A DNA stretch of 64,000 nucleotides from Balanoglossus misakiensis (Eukaryota > Animalia > Hemichordata). The stretch spans positions 1,226,281 to 1,290,280 of the forward strand of contig CM082584.2 of the NCBI GenBank assembly GCA_040954595.2. The letters run 5' to 3'. Below are positions 10,827-22,719 of this stretch, piece after piece. A model generated the notes under the pieces. That model worked only from the letters and a program-made list of their open reading frames with translations. It made no database searches and was not told where the DNA came from. Each line of letters starts with the position of its first letter. Positions within the stretch are counted from its first letter, which is position 1. Made by a program: the position numbers and the translations under genes.

Positions 10827-13441
10827 CATGATTTTTTTTTTAAATGGACGAAAATCGACGAAATTGTGAGATTTTGCAAAGTCAAAAATTTGTCATTTTT
10901 TGATGATTTTCACCCATGTTTTTTTTTTAAAAATCGACGAACCTATGATTTTTTTCAAAATCGACGAAATTTTGAGATTTTGCAAAGTCGAAAATTTTGT
11001 CATTTTTTGATGATTTTCACCCATGATTTTTTCAAAAATTGACGAAATTTTGAGATTTTGCAAAGTCGAAAATTTGTCATTTTTTGATGATTTTCACCCA
11101 TGATTTTTTTCAAAAATCGACGAAATGTTGAGACTTTGCAAAGTCGAAAATTTGTCATTTTTTGATGATTTTCACCCATGATTTTTTTCAAAAATCGACG
11201 AAATGTTGAGATTTTGCAAAGTCGAAAATTTGTCATTTTTTGATGATTTTCTCCCATGATTTTTTTCAAAAATCGACGAAATTGTGAGATTTTGCAAAGT
11301 CGAAAATTTGTCATTTTTTGATGATTTTCACCCATGTTTTTTTTTTAAAAATCGACGAACCTATGATTTTTTTCAAAATCGACGAAATTTTGTGATTTTA
11401 CAAAGTCGAAAATTTTGTCATTTTTTGATGATTTTCAACCATGATTTTTTTTCAAAAATCGACGAAATTTTGAGATTTTGCAAAGTCGAAAATGTGTCAT
11501 TTTTTGATGATTTTCACCCGTTTTTTTTCAAAATTTGTCATTTTTTGATGATTTTCACCCATGATTTTTTTTCAAAAATCGACGAAATTTTGAGATTTTG
11601 CAAAGTCGAAAATTTGTCATTTTTTGATGATTTTCCCCCATGTTTTTTTTTTTTAAATGGACGAAATTTTGAGATTTTGCAAAGTCGAAAATTTGTCATT
11701 TTTTGATGATTTTCACCCATGATTTTTTTTTAAAAATCGACGAAATTGTGAGATTTTGCAAAGTCAAAAATTTTGTCATTTTTTGATGATTTTCACCCAT
11801 GTTTTTTTTTTTAAAATCGACGAACCTAAGATTTTTTTCAAAATCGACGAAATTTTGAGATTTTGCAAAGTCGAAAATTTTGTCATTTTTTGATGATTTT
11901 CACCCATGATTTTTTCAAAAATTGACGAAATTTTGAGATTTTGCAAAGTCGAAAATTTGTCATTTTTTGATGATTTTCACCCATGATTTTTTTCAAAAAT
12001 CGACGAAATGTTGAGATTTTGCAAAGTCGAAAATTTGTCATTTTTTGATGATTTTCTCCCATGATTTTTTTCAAAAATCGACGAAATTGTGAGATTTTGC
12101 AAATTCGAAAATTTGTCATTTTTTGATGATTTTCACCCATGTTTTTTTTTTAAAATCGACGAACCTATGATTTTTTTCAAAATCGACGAAATTTTGTGAT
12201 TTTACAAAGTCGAAAATTTTGTCATTTTTTGATGATTTTCAACCACTATTTTTTTTCAAAAATCTACGAAATTTTGAGATTTTGCATAGACGAAAATTTG
12301 TCATTTATTGATGATTTTCACCCATGATTTTTTTCAAAAATCGACGAAATGTTGAGATTTTGCAAAGTCGAAAATTTGTCATTTTTTGATGATTTTCACC
12401 CATGATTTTTTTCAAAAATCGACGAAATTGTGAGATTTTGCAAAGTCAAAAATTTGTTTTTTTTTTGATGATTTTCACCCATGATTTTTTCAAAAATTGA
12501 CGAAATTTTGAGATTTTCCAAAGTCGAAAATTTGTCATTTTTTGATGATTTTCACCAATGTTGTTTTTAAAAAATCGACGAACCCATGATTTTTTTCAAA
12601 ATCGACGAAATTTTGAGATTTTGCAAAGTCGAAAATTTTGTCATTTTTTGATGATTTTCACCCATGATTTTTTCAAAAATTGACGAAATTTTGAGATTTT
12701 GCAAAGTCGAAAATTTGTCATTTTTTGATGATTTTCACCCATGATTTTTTTCAAAAGTCGACGAAATGTTGAGATTTTGCAAAGTCGAAAATTTGTCATT
12801 TTTTGATGATTTTCGTCCATGTTTTTTTTCAAAAATCGACGAAATGTTGAGATTTTGCAAAGTCGAAAATTTGTCATTTTTTAATGATTTTCTCCAATGA
12901 TTTTTTTCAAAAATCGACGAAATTGTGAGATTTTGCAAAGTCGAAAATTTGTCATTTTTTGATGATTTTCACCCATGTTTTTTTTTTTTAAATCGACGAA
13001 CCTATGATTTTTTTCATAATCGACGAAATTTTGAGATTTTGCAAAGTCGAAAATTTGTCATTTTTTTATGATTTTCACCCATGATTTTTTCAAAAATCGA
13101 CGAAATGTTGAGATTTTGCAAAGTCGAAAATTTGTAATTTTTTGATGATTTTCACCCATGATTTTTTTCAAAAATCGACGAAATTGTGAGATTTTGCAAA
13201 GTCGATAATTTGTCATTATTTGATGATTTTCACCCATGATTTTTTCAAAAATTGACGAAATTTTGAGATTTTGCAAAGTCGAAAATTTGTCATTTTTTGA
13301 TGATTTTCACCCATGATTTTTTTCAAAAATCGACGAAATTTTGAGATTTTGCAAAGACGAAAATTTTTCATTTTTGATGATTTTTACCCATGATTTTTTT
13401 TCAAAAATGGACGAAATTTTGAGATTTTGCAAAGTCGAAAA
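10827..13441. repeat. 78-bp satellite array (right block)
   Basis: Same monomer resumes in register after the retrotransposon and ends abruptly at ~13441. Confidence 0.96.
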
Positions 13442-13799
13442 CAAGCATCGTCCGATTCGAATTCGACTCGTCATCGGTAACTTTGTTTATTTCGCCCTTG
13501 GAGACCTCCCCTGGCCTCGTTAGGATGACTGTTACCAGTACTACCTTAAACCAATCTTTTCGAACCGGACGGTACACACGACATGTCTATGTTAATTGTC
13601 CAGGTACCAGAGTGTACGTGTGGGCTCCCTAAACCACTCATTGGCGGCCGGTCCCTGTCCGAATAAACACGTTTGACAGACAAAAAATGATGAACAAGTG
13701 GCTTATTTCAATACTTCGTTAACCCTTTGAACCCCAGGGCCCTGAGAGCTTGAGAAACATTTTTGAGGTACCTTTTGGAATTACAGCTGGCTTCTAAAA

Positions 13800-14432
13800 T
13801 TATCAAGGATAACCCCGTATAACCATATATTTTTGGAATCGCCATAGAACTATTGTCCCAAAAATATGCAAAAATCATGTGACCTCATTATATATTCAAA
13901 ATGGCCGCCAGAATGTCAAAATCTTGATATTTTTCATATATTTCTATAATTTCCTAGTAGATCTTCAAAAAATCATGATTTTCATCACCAAACCTTTGTT
14001 TTATAACAAATCATAATAAACTGACATGAAATTGCTCATAATATTTGAAGATACACAGGTATTTCACTCAGTCTGGCTCATCAAGTATACATCAAACAAA
14101 AGGCCTTGGATAAGGTTTAGGGACGTCATCACATCATCTGGCATAACATTTAGTACTTGAATGTATCAAAGATTACTCCCAATAACCATATATTTTTGGA
14201 ATCACCATAAAACTGTTGTCCCAAAAAAATGCAAATTAAGATCATGTGACCTCATTATTTATTGAAAATGGCCACCAGAATGTAAAAAACTGGATATTTT
14301 TTCATATATTTCTTTATTTTCCTAGTAGATCTTCAAAAAATCATGATTTTCCATCACCAAACCTTTTTTATAACAAATTACAATGAACTGACATAAAATT
14401 GCACATAATATTTGAAGATACACAGGTATTTT
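13800..14432. repeat. Diverged ~270-bp direct duplication inside the piggyBac 3' subterminal region
   Basis: ATAACCATATATTTTTGGAATC...GAAGATACACAGGTATTT occurs at ~13819-14064 and again at ~14183-14431. Confidence 0.8.
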
Positions 14433-15313
14433 CCCCCATTCTGTGTATGTTTACAAGCCAGTCATATCGCAGTATATACAGTTACTTGGCAATCATTGCA
14501 GAACTGAACAAAAAACTGATCACAGTTTGCAAAGTCTATGACATAACATGCACGAACACAAGAAAACACAATTTTATTAAAATAAAACCAATATTTATTT
14601 TATTCCTTCCTGCTATAACAAAATTTAAAAAATAAACAAAGGAAGTGCAAAAAATAACAGGCCAAAAAAGATCAATATATTGTGCGTGAAAACATGTTTT
14701 GGAAACCTGGGTGGGTGGGGGGGGGGGGCAAATACATGTGCAAAATGGGGCTGTGATGATTCCTTTATGTCACTGTCGCTGTCTGTTGTCACTGTCCGAG
14801 ATATCCATGTCATCCATACGTCGTCCTTTCCCATCTACCAACAGTTACTCTGAAGAAAATAAAACAGAACGACTGCAGTATTCAAAGTGCATCATAACAT
14901 GATTTTTTTCTATCAGCAGGTTGCTATGAAGAAAACAAAACGGCATTGTCTACACTATTTTGAATCTAATCTCCTATATTTTATTCTTGGAAAAATTAAC
15001 CCTAAATAAACACTGAAATGGACCCATTATCTCATCTGATACTGACAACTCTTATACACTGCAAATATAGACCGTTGCAGTTACACAATATACAAAACAT
15101 AGATGTTGACATGGTATTATACACTTCACTGGTCACAAGATGATTTACTCGGTGTTGTTGAAAATGTGAGCAATCTGATGTATCATTATGCATACTAAAA
15201 GGGGCGTTGACAGAACTAAGCCACAGCATAGTATCAACCTGTAACGACAATACTGACTCATGAACAGCAGTTGTCCACTTGGTCTGGAGACCATTGATGA
15301 CATTACTTGCTGC

Positions 15314-17763
15314 TCAACGCCAGAACTCCACAAGGTCATGAAACCTGTCAAAGCAGGTCCTGCCATCGGCCCTATCTGTACTCTGTATGCATAAGAATAC
15401 ATCACATTGTACACATTTGAAGACAGATCTCGGGTATGACCTGTTCCGTACTCTTGCGATGTCTTCGGGACGGGCAGAGTGTCTGATGGTCTCAGTACAA
15501 ACAACACACTGTCGTCCACCAGTGGTAACACGCGCTGGTCTATGGCGTCCTTCCAAACGTTGTTCTTGGGTGATGCGGTTGTAGGGTGTGTGTAGTGAAC
15601 GGTGGGCTCGCCATTGGTCTGTCAGCTGGTTGATAAGTTGAATGCGAAAACTCAACATGCTCCGCCTCCGGTGATGTTCCTGGACATGTGGTGTTAGGCA
15701 GCCCTCGATGATGTAAGCATTCAGGATGGCCACCTCTATGCAGTAAAACAGGACACGTCGGTACCAGCGAACTGATTTCCGAGCATACCCATAGTACTGG
15801 ATCATCTGATCGCACAAATCTACACCTCCCATGTATCGGTTGTAATCCGGAAGCAGTGGTGGACATGGAACCTGCCTGGATCCCCCAGCCTGGCGTCTAT
15901 CCACAGTCACTGGCACACCTTGGTCCTCTGGAGAATGAATGGTAGATAGAAAATACACTGGCTTCCTATCCATCCAGCTAGTGGCTAGAACAGGGCCAGC
16001 CATCCTCCATCGCATGGTGCCCCTCTCAACGTTGGTGAGCCTGATGTCTTCTGGCAGTGCGGAACTAAATCGGACTGTTCCACAAAGCAAGGTGCCCTGT
16101 TGGTAGAGATCGTTAGCTAACCTAACACTTGTATAAAAGTTGTCAGTATACAGATGATTCCCTAAATTTTGTAACCCCTGCAAGAGATCAAAAACTACTC
16201 GCCTTGCTTGCCCAACTTCCGGTCTCTGGCCCTCTTTCCCTGAAACAGGAATAAACACACAAAATAAACATTACTTTGAAAATTTTGTAATTTTTGCAAG
16301 TGTAAGAATTTTAAAATCATAACAGTTATTTACACTCAATCATGGAAATCGTCATGAGTATCAGCATTTTTATTTGAGGTAAACTAAACTAAACTTTACA
16401 TTTGGATAAAATGTAAACAAAAATAAAACAATATTTACCTTTGTAAAATTACAACTTTTTACTCCACATGATCCACAAGTCACTCGATAATATCGAATCT
16501 TTACAATTAGTAAAAATTGTAAAAAAATCAGAAGTAAATTACATAATAAATTTATAAAAAAAAACAAATGAAAATTATAAAAAAATATCAGAATAAACAC
16601 TTACTGTATCTAAGAAATCTAATACTGGCCAACATATGTCACTTGTAGAAAATATGGATCAATGCTTTCCTAACATGATGTATATTAGACAATATATTAT
16701 AATAAGAACTAAGGTATCATGCAGACTCAAATAAAAAAGTTTGAAAAAAGAATTAGGTAATATCAGAATTATTAGTAACAATAATTGGTCTGTTATCATT
16801 TACAATATTTATGAACATGCAAATAAATTGAAAACACATTAGGGGGATACTGACCTGAAGCCTTTTGACATAACCAGTTTCGGCTTCAGATAAAACCCAA
16901 GTTTTGATACCAAATCTGTGGGGCTTGTTTCTTATAAATACTATAAAGGACAGTCTTCCCTTGAACGGTATGATGGATTCGTCGATGGATATCTCGCGGG
17001 AAGAAACAAAAGCGTCAAAAACGTTCGCATTTATTCGATCTAAAAACTGTCTAATTTTGAATAGTTTGTCATACCCCGGTTGTCCTCTCGGTTGTTGTAA
17101 ATCATCATCGGAAACATGTAAGTAGCGATAGATCTGTTGGAATCTATTTCTAGACATGACCTCAGGGAAATTACAACGAAAACAGTCGGTCAGTTTTCTT
17201 CCAATACATGTCTATAGTCGGTAAAATGAGGACTCCCATGGCCAAACATAAACCTAAAAATGCCCTAATCTCTAACTCGTCAACGTCTGTCCAAGCCCCC
17301 CTGTCATTTTGCGCTGTCGTTTCCTAGCCACGTTGAGGTTAGTCATGTTTACTAAAAGTCGAACTATGTCATCGTCGAGAAATGTCCGAAAATAATCTAA
17401 TGGTGTACTGTCAGCTGGCATTTGTCTCGTCGGTCCACTTCGTTGATTATAAATAGGAGCCTGCCTACCGTTTATTATGTTGCCCTGCCATATCATAGGT
17501 GGTGGGTTTACTTCGCGGGCTCGGGGTAGTCTTCTCACTCGTTGCCGAACTGGTGGGGGTGGTGGGATCGCGGGCTCTGGCTCGATTTCTTCTTCATCGT
17601 TCGCGCGGTTGGGGTCACCATCTTGGTCCGTAACGATGTCAGGCTGGTCTTGTTCTTCATCTTCACTTTCTGAGCTACTATCTACTAGTACTCGGTCAAA
17701 ATGAGCCCAGAAAGCATCCTCGTTTTGCAATGGATCAATGCGTAACTGTCGTCGGGTCGCCAT
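15314..17763 (-). pseudogene. piggyBac (PGBD4-like) transposase, intron-containing, frameshifted
   Basis: ATG at 17763; motifs WTDVDELEIRAFLG, MSRNRFQQI, ISIDES, KPHRFGIK, YTDNFYTS, MGGVDLCDQ and C-terminal CxxC...CxxC...C...CF..FH finger. Two frameshifts near 17300 and 17180. Splice donor CAG|GTCAGT at 16855/16854; acceptor TTTCAG| at 16240/16239. Confidence 0.88.
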
Positions 17764-19259
17764 TTTTAAATCTCTGTCAACTTTCGCTAAAAATTGCTGC
17801 TTGGATATCACTATTTGTATGTAGTCGCTCGCATAGGAATCGATTTCTAGTCATTTAGAAGGTCGCATTAGGGTCCCCTAGCTTTCTAACTTGCTTTCAT
17901 ATGGCTGGATTTACAATGTCGGCGGGAAAATGCCTTGACGTCAGCATATTGAAAAAATAGGGGTCAAAAGGTCATCCTGCGGCGGTAAACCGCCGAGCGG
18001 AGTTCAAAGGGTTTTAACTAGACGGCTGAACTCTGAATGTTGATTCAGCAAAAAAATGTGTTTACGGCAAGGTTTCGATCAATACGACACATTTACCATT
18101 GAAAACGCCCAAAGTAAGTGGGGGCGTTTGACCATCAATCAAAACCACGCCCAGGTGCATGTGAACGGCCGAAGCAGTGTAACGTTTCACATTCCGTGCA
18201 ACGTCCGACACTGTGTGAAAGCGGTTGATGTCGGGTGGCTTAACCTAATTTTCGTACATTGATATGCATTTGACACCTCACTACCTGTTTTCTCAATATT
18301 GCTAAAACTTTGCGTTGAAATATCACTGAAATGTTGATGATCCACGCACAAGTCGTCTACCCCGGCATGAAAAGCGTCTTATACAAGAAAACCAATTGCA
18401 CATGACCACCAAGGTCATACCGCAAGGTGTGTCTAAATGTCAAGGAAGGACACTTGGGTCAAGAACGACCATGACGGAGGAAAAACCGACAAGTCATTGT
18501 GTAACCTGTTTACTTGCCAATAGTCAAACGTCAAAATTTACTCTCAACTTGGTTGCAGATCGAGTCTCCAGAATTTCCAACGTTTATGATTGGGTAAATA
18601 CCGATATGCGACTGGTATGCGACGCGTTGACGACGCGAAGATTTTGTTGAAATCAAATGGTTAGTCAAATGTCATCTCACAGTGGAGATACCGTGGTCAT
18701 CTGACATGAAAGGGTTCGATTGGGTCTGACCGCCGTCGTTCATCCATGCTTAGAAAGCGGCCATCATGGTACAAAGTAAAACCAAGGTCAAACCTTACTG
18801 AACACATGTATTGCATGGAGAAACTTTTCTCCCTGTCTGTATACTGAACACGTACCGTGATTGCCATAGTTACAAACGTTACCCCGTGAGAGAGATTGCA
18901 TTTTACATCTGTCTTTTCAATTTTGTTGCTTTCTTACTATTCGGAATGATGGAGTCGAAACGAAAACCTTTTGCTTCAGGTGGACCTAGGGGAAATACCT
19001 TATTTGTGACTTTTTTCATGGCCCTAAAAAGACGTCGGAATTAATGTGGCTGAGGTCACTCAGGACGACGGAATGGTTGAGCGATTTTCTTTTATGAGCT
19101 CCCACTAGTATTTGTTTTATTGTTTCGGCAGTGTGTCGTGTTATTCGAGCAATCCGCAGTCTGAAAACGAACGGTTTTCAAAGTTTATAACAGAAGAACA
19201 GGGGTTTAAGCATGAAAGGTCCTGTTGTCTCCCTCGCTGTGTTTGTGTCACTGTGTCTT

Positions 19260-19440
19260 TGACGTCTGACTGACTGATTAACTGGCTGACTGACTTACTG
19301 ACTGTCTGTCAACGTCGGTCTGTCTGACTGTCTGCCCCCTCTCTCTGAGAGTGAGAGTGAGCGAGCGAGCGAGCGACCGATGAGTGTCTCTACTGATGAC
19401 TGTTGCTCTGTCTGTCTGCTTTTGTCTGTCTGCCACTCTG
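19260..19440. repeat. Compound microsatellite (CTGA)n/(CTGT)n/(GAGC)n
   Basis: Imperfect tetranucleotide runs seen directly. Confidence 0.8.
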
Positions 19441-19993
19441 CCTGTTTCACTTTGTATCTCCTAATTTCTTTAAAATTAGGGATATGCTATTAATGCGATA
19501 TGAAAGTCAGACACGACGGAATCACGCAAGAACTATGATGTCATTCTTCTACACTACGACGGCCAAAGATATAAAAAAATGTTCCTTTCTACCCACACTA
19601 TTTTTGAAAACCATGTAATCGGAATAGCACAGTTTTTTTGGCCTGAGACATATCCAATTTCCCAACTGAACATGACACGTGATCAAGCATTTTCGACTTA
19701 TCAGATGCAATCGCTGAACACCTCACACTGAGCGAGGTTTTGTCTGTCTTTATACGCGCCCTTTGTATTTGTGCGTGACATGTCCAAGCCTTGTTAGGAT
19801 CTCCCGTAAAATTCTACTCAAATGATGTATACTTTCATACTTACGACTGACAGGTATTTTCAGCGTTGCCAGCTGATTGTTTGTCAGGTACCGCTTTATA
19901 ACAAGACGCCCCTCTGAGTTGATAACCTGCAATGTAACATCATTCAATTGGTCTAGTCATGTTAGCATTAGTAAAATGATTCAAAAGTGTTAA

Positions 19994-20284
19994 AGGGACA
20001 TGATACAAGACACCGTTTATGTTAGTGAATGAACGTTCAACCACACACAACTTCCATCCCGCTTGTATGATACAAGAGTAAAAACTCGCCCGAAATGAAT
20101 AAATGGTAGAGACCGTTTATTCATTTTGGCGACTTTTTAAAACTCTCGTGTCTATACAAGCGGAGTGGAAGGTGTGTATGGTTGAACGTTGATTCACTAT
20201 ATCCACATGTAGAATAATATAAACGCAGTCTTGTATCAAACATAATTAATGGAAAAAGGGCAGCGAGAGAGAGACTTTGTCCCT
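19994..20284. mobile_element. Palindromic Kolobok-type MITE
   Basis: TTAA|AGGGACA...TGTCCCT|TTAA; the body is one long imperfect inverted repeat. Confidence 0.75.
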
Positions 20285-21106
20285 TTAATGAATACAGCCA
20301 CAATGTTCTGTTTATATCTACTGACGGACCAGGCATGGATTGTCACGTATAATTCTTTGAAACGTTTGGTGCTCTGAAGAAACTGAGCACTCATCTACTC
20401 AGTTTGCTTATTTTGTCTTCCTCCACCAGTCAGTGGTATCGTCCGATTTGATACTCCACTCTAAGCCTCTTTCTGAATGGCTCTTTAAGTTGTGATCTGT
20501 ATGTCTTAAACCTTTCATCACCCCCCCCCCCCCCCGTTTCCTCTTTAGAGGTCCAACATTAACATAGAAAACAATTGGTTTTGACTGAACCATGTTGGTT
20601 AAAGGGCTAGGGTCAATTCAACTTACCTTCTGGACATTCATATTTCACAAAGGGTGTTCCAAACAGTGCTCCAAGATCCAATTGCTGTGACAAAAAAACA
20701 ATAAGTTAGCTGCCAGTGCACTCAATGATGTACGCGCAGAACGTCAACTGGTAAACTGTGCGCCTGTGTCTCTTCCCATAGGAGTACATGGAGAATAGTT
20801 AGAAAACTCACTTCTACTATTGTCATTTTCATGAAATTTTACACATAGCTCCGACAAATCAAAATAAATTCACCACGCTCTATTTTGAGATAAACTTTGT
20901 TCAATATTGTATCCATAGACAAACCATTGGTAGAAAATGCTGACCGTTAGCAGTTTTCTTCAATTGTCGACTAAATTCACGGCCTTGTTTAAAGTCGAAA
21001 ACAAGTGCAGTGACCTAAAATGGATTTTCATAATACATACAAATCAGAAATGAAAATTCACCATTAAAAGAAATGACAATGCTTTCAATTTTACTGATCG
21101 TACATC

Positions 21107-21435
21107 CTTAACTCGCTGCCCTTTTCCATGTTTGATACAAAACACCGTTTATGTTAATGTAAATGTGGATATATAGTGATGCAACGTTCAACCGCACACA
21201 CCTTCCATCCCGCATGTAGACACGAGAGCGAAAACTCGCCAAACTGAAAAATCGGTCTCTACCATTTATTCATTTTGGGCGAGTTTTTACTCTCATATCA
21301 TACAAGCAGGATGGAAGTAGTGTGTGGTTGAACGTTCATTCACTACATATACACATGCCAATTAATATAAACGGTGTCTTGTATCAAACATAATTAATGG
21401 AAAAGGGCGACGAGAGAGAGAGTTTGTCCATTTAA
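21107..21435. mobile_element. Second copy of the same palindromic MITE family
   Basis: Shares GAACGTTCAACC..CTTCCATCCCGC and the ATCAAACATAATTAATGGAAAAGGGC..GAGAGAGAG..TTTGTCC.TTTAA end with 19994-20284; the asymmetric centre is inverted relative to that copy. Confidence 0.75.
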
Positions 21436-22719
21436 GGCGACATGATGCATGAAGTGGCGAGAGATAAACGCGGCTGACCACCGCATTAAACACTGTCAAG
21501 CAAGGCACTTCAAATGCCAATTGTTTAAGTGTGTACTAAGTAATAGGTTCATGTACCATGTCCTGGGGGGGGGGGGGTCAAATCACAACAGTTGGACATG
21601 TACGAATATGAAGAGACGATATCAGTTTTTTCATGTCTTCCTTTAGTAAAACATCTTTTTTGAACTTTGTATAGAATTCATTGAACTTTACTTTAGCTTA
21701 TGAACTCCATTTGCACATCGTCATCTTGAAATTGTGTCGACTTTATCATAAGGTTTTTATCACTCAACTAGGTCGCAAAACCTATTTAAGTTAGTGAGAA
21801 TAGGACGTTCACCTTTTGAGTTGATGGCTACAGCCGTTAATCCTGACTCATACACATGTTGCAGCCAGTATACTCTGCAGACATTGGACACAACATTTTT
21901 ACGAACCATTAAATTTTATTGGACCATCAAGTTTATTGACCCATGACGTTCATATAGATTTTATGACACGACTGACGCTATAATCGGTCCTTACCTTCGG
22001 CGAGCCAAGTGTTTTATAACATCATAAGATATTAATACCTATCACCCAGTCAATCGATTTCAAGTTATAAAATTTCCACGCCAATAGGACGCCTTTAGGT
22101 GGAAATGCAACCAGGTATCCTGAATAGGAAATTATTCCGGGTATCTGTCAAGTTGAGTCCCATATTTAGGGGACCAAGCGTCCTCAGGCGCTTGGTCCCC
22201 TTCTGTTATTGCTGGAGTTTGTCTTCTTTCTTCTTGAGTCGTTTTTTTGCGCCCGTTTTTCTCTGAAATTCCGGCCGGTGCGCCTTCCAAATTTGGCACG
22301 GTGGTTGGGGCCCATAGTACTGGTGCACCTGCCCTTTGAATTTGTAATTAGTCACGTGACTTTGTTGCTATAATCGAGCGAAATTTTCAAATTGACCTAA
22401 TTTGCACGTTAATGGGGGCATGTACATTCTTTTCGCGATTTTTGTAGACCATGTGGCCAAAATCCCCTGTGCCAAATTTCAAGGTCCTAGGCCACGTCGA
22501 TTTTGAGAAGAAGATTTTTGTAATATTTTTTCGCATTTTTTGTGGGCTGAGGACGGACATTGGGGCATCGGACTTTGACCGTCATTACGTAATGTTGTGG
22601 AGATCTCATTAGCAGGCTACTCACTTCTGGCGGGTTGCAGTAGTCCTTGGAAAATCGGCTGAAATACGTAAACAGACCAGTGATTATTTTCCACGGAATG
22701 AATTTTGGGACAACACATT

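Larger units (their letters stand above)
13723..18011 (-). mobile_element. piggyBac DNA transposon (4.3 kb)
   Basis: TTAA(13719-22)+CCCTTTGAAC ... GTTCAAAGGG(18011) terminal inverted repeats. The right flank reads TTTTAA rather than TTAA. Internal transposase present. Confidence 0.9.

Noticed and set aside
785-13523. Many repetitive ORFs (MGENHQKMTNFRLCKIS...) in the satellite
   Set aside because: A 78-bp monomer is a multiple of 3 and one frame lacks stops. Frames break at homopolymer indels, so there is no sign of coding constraint.
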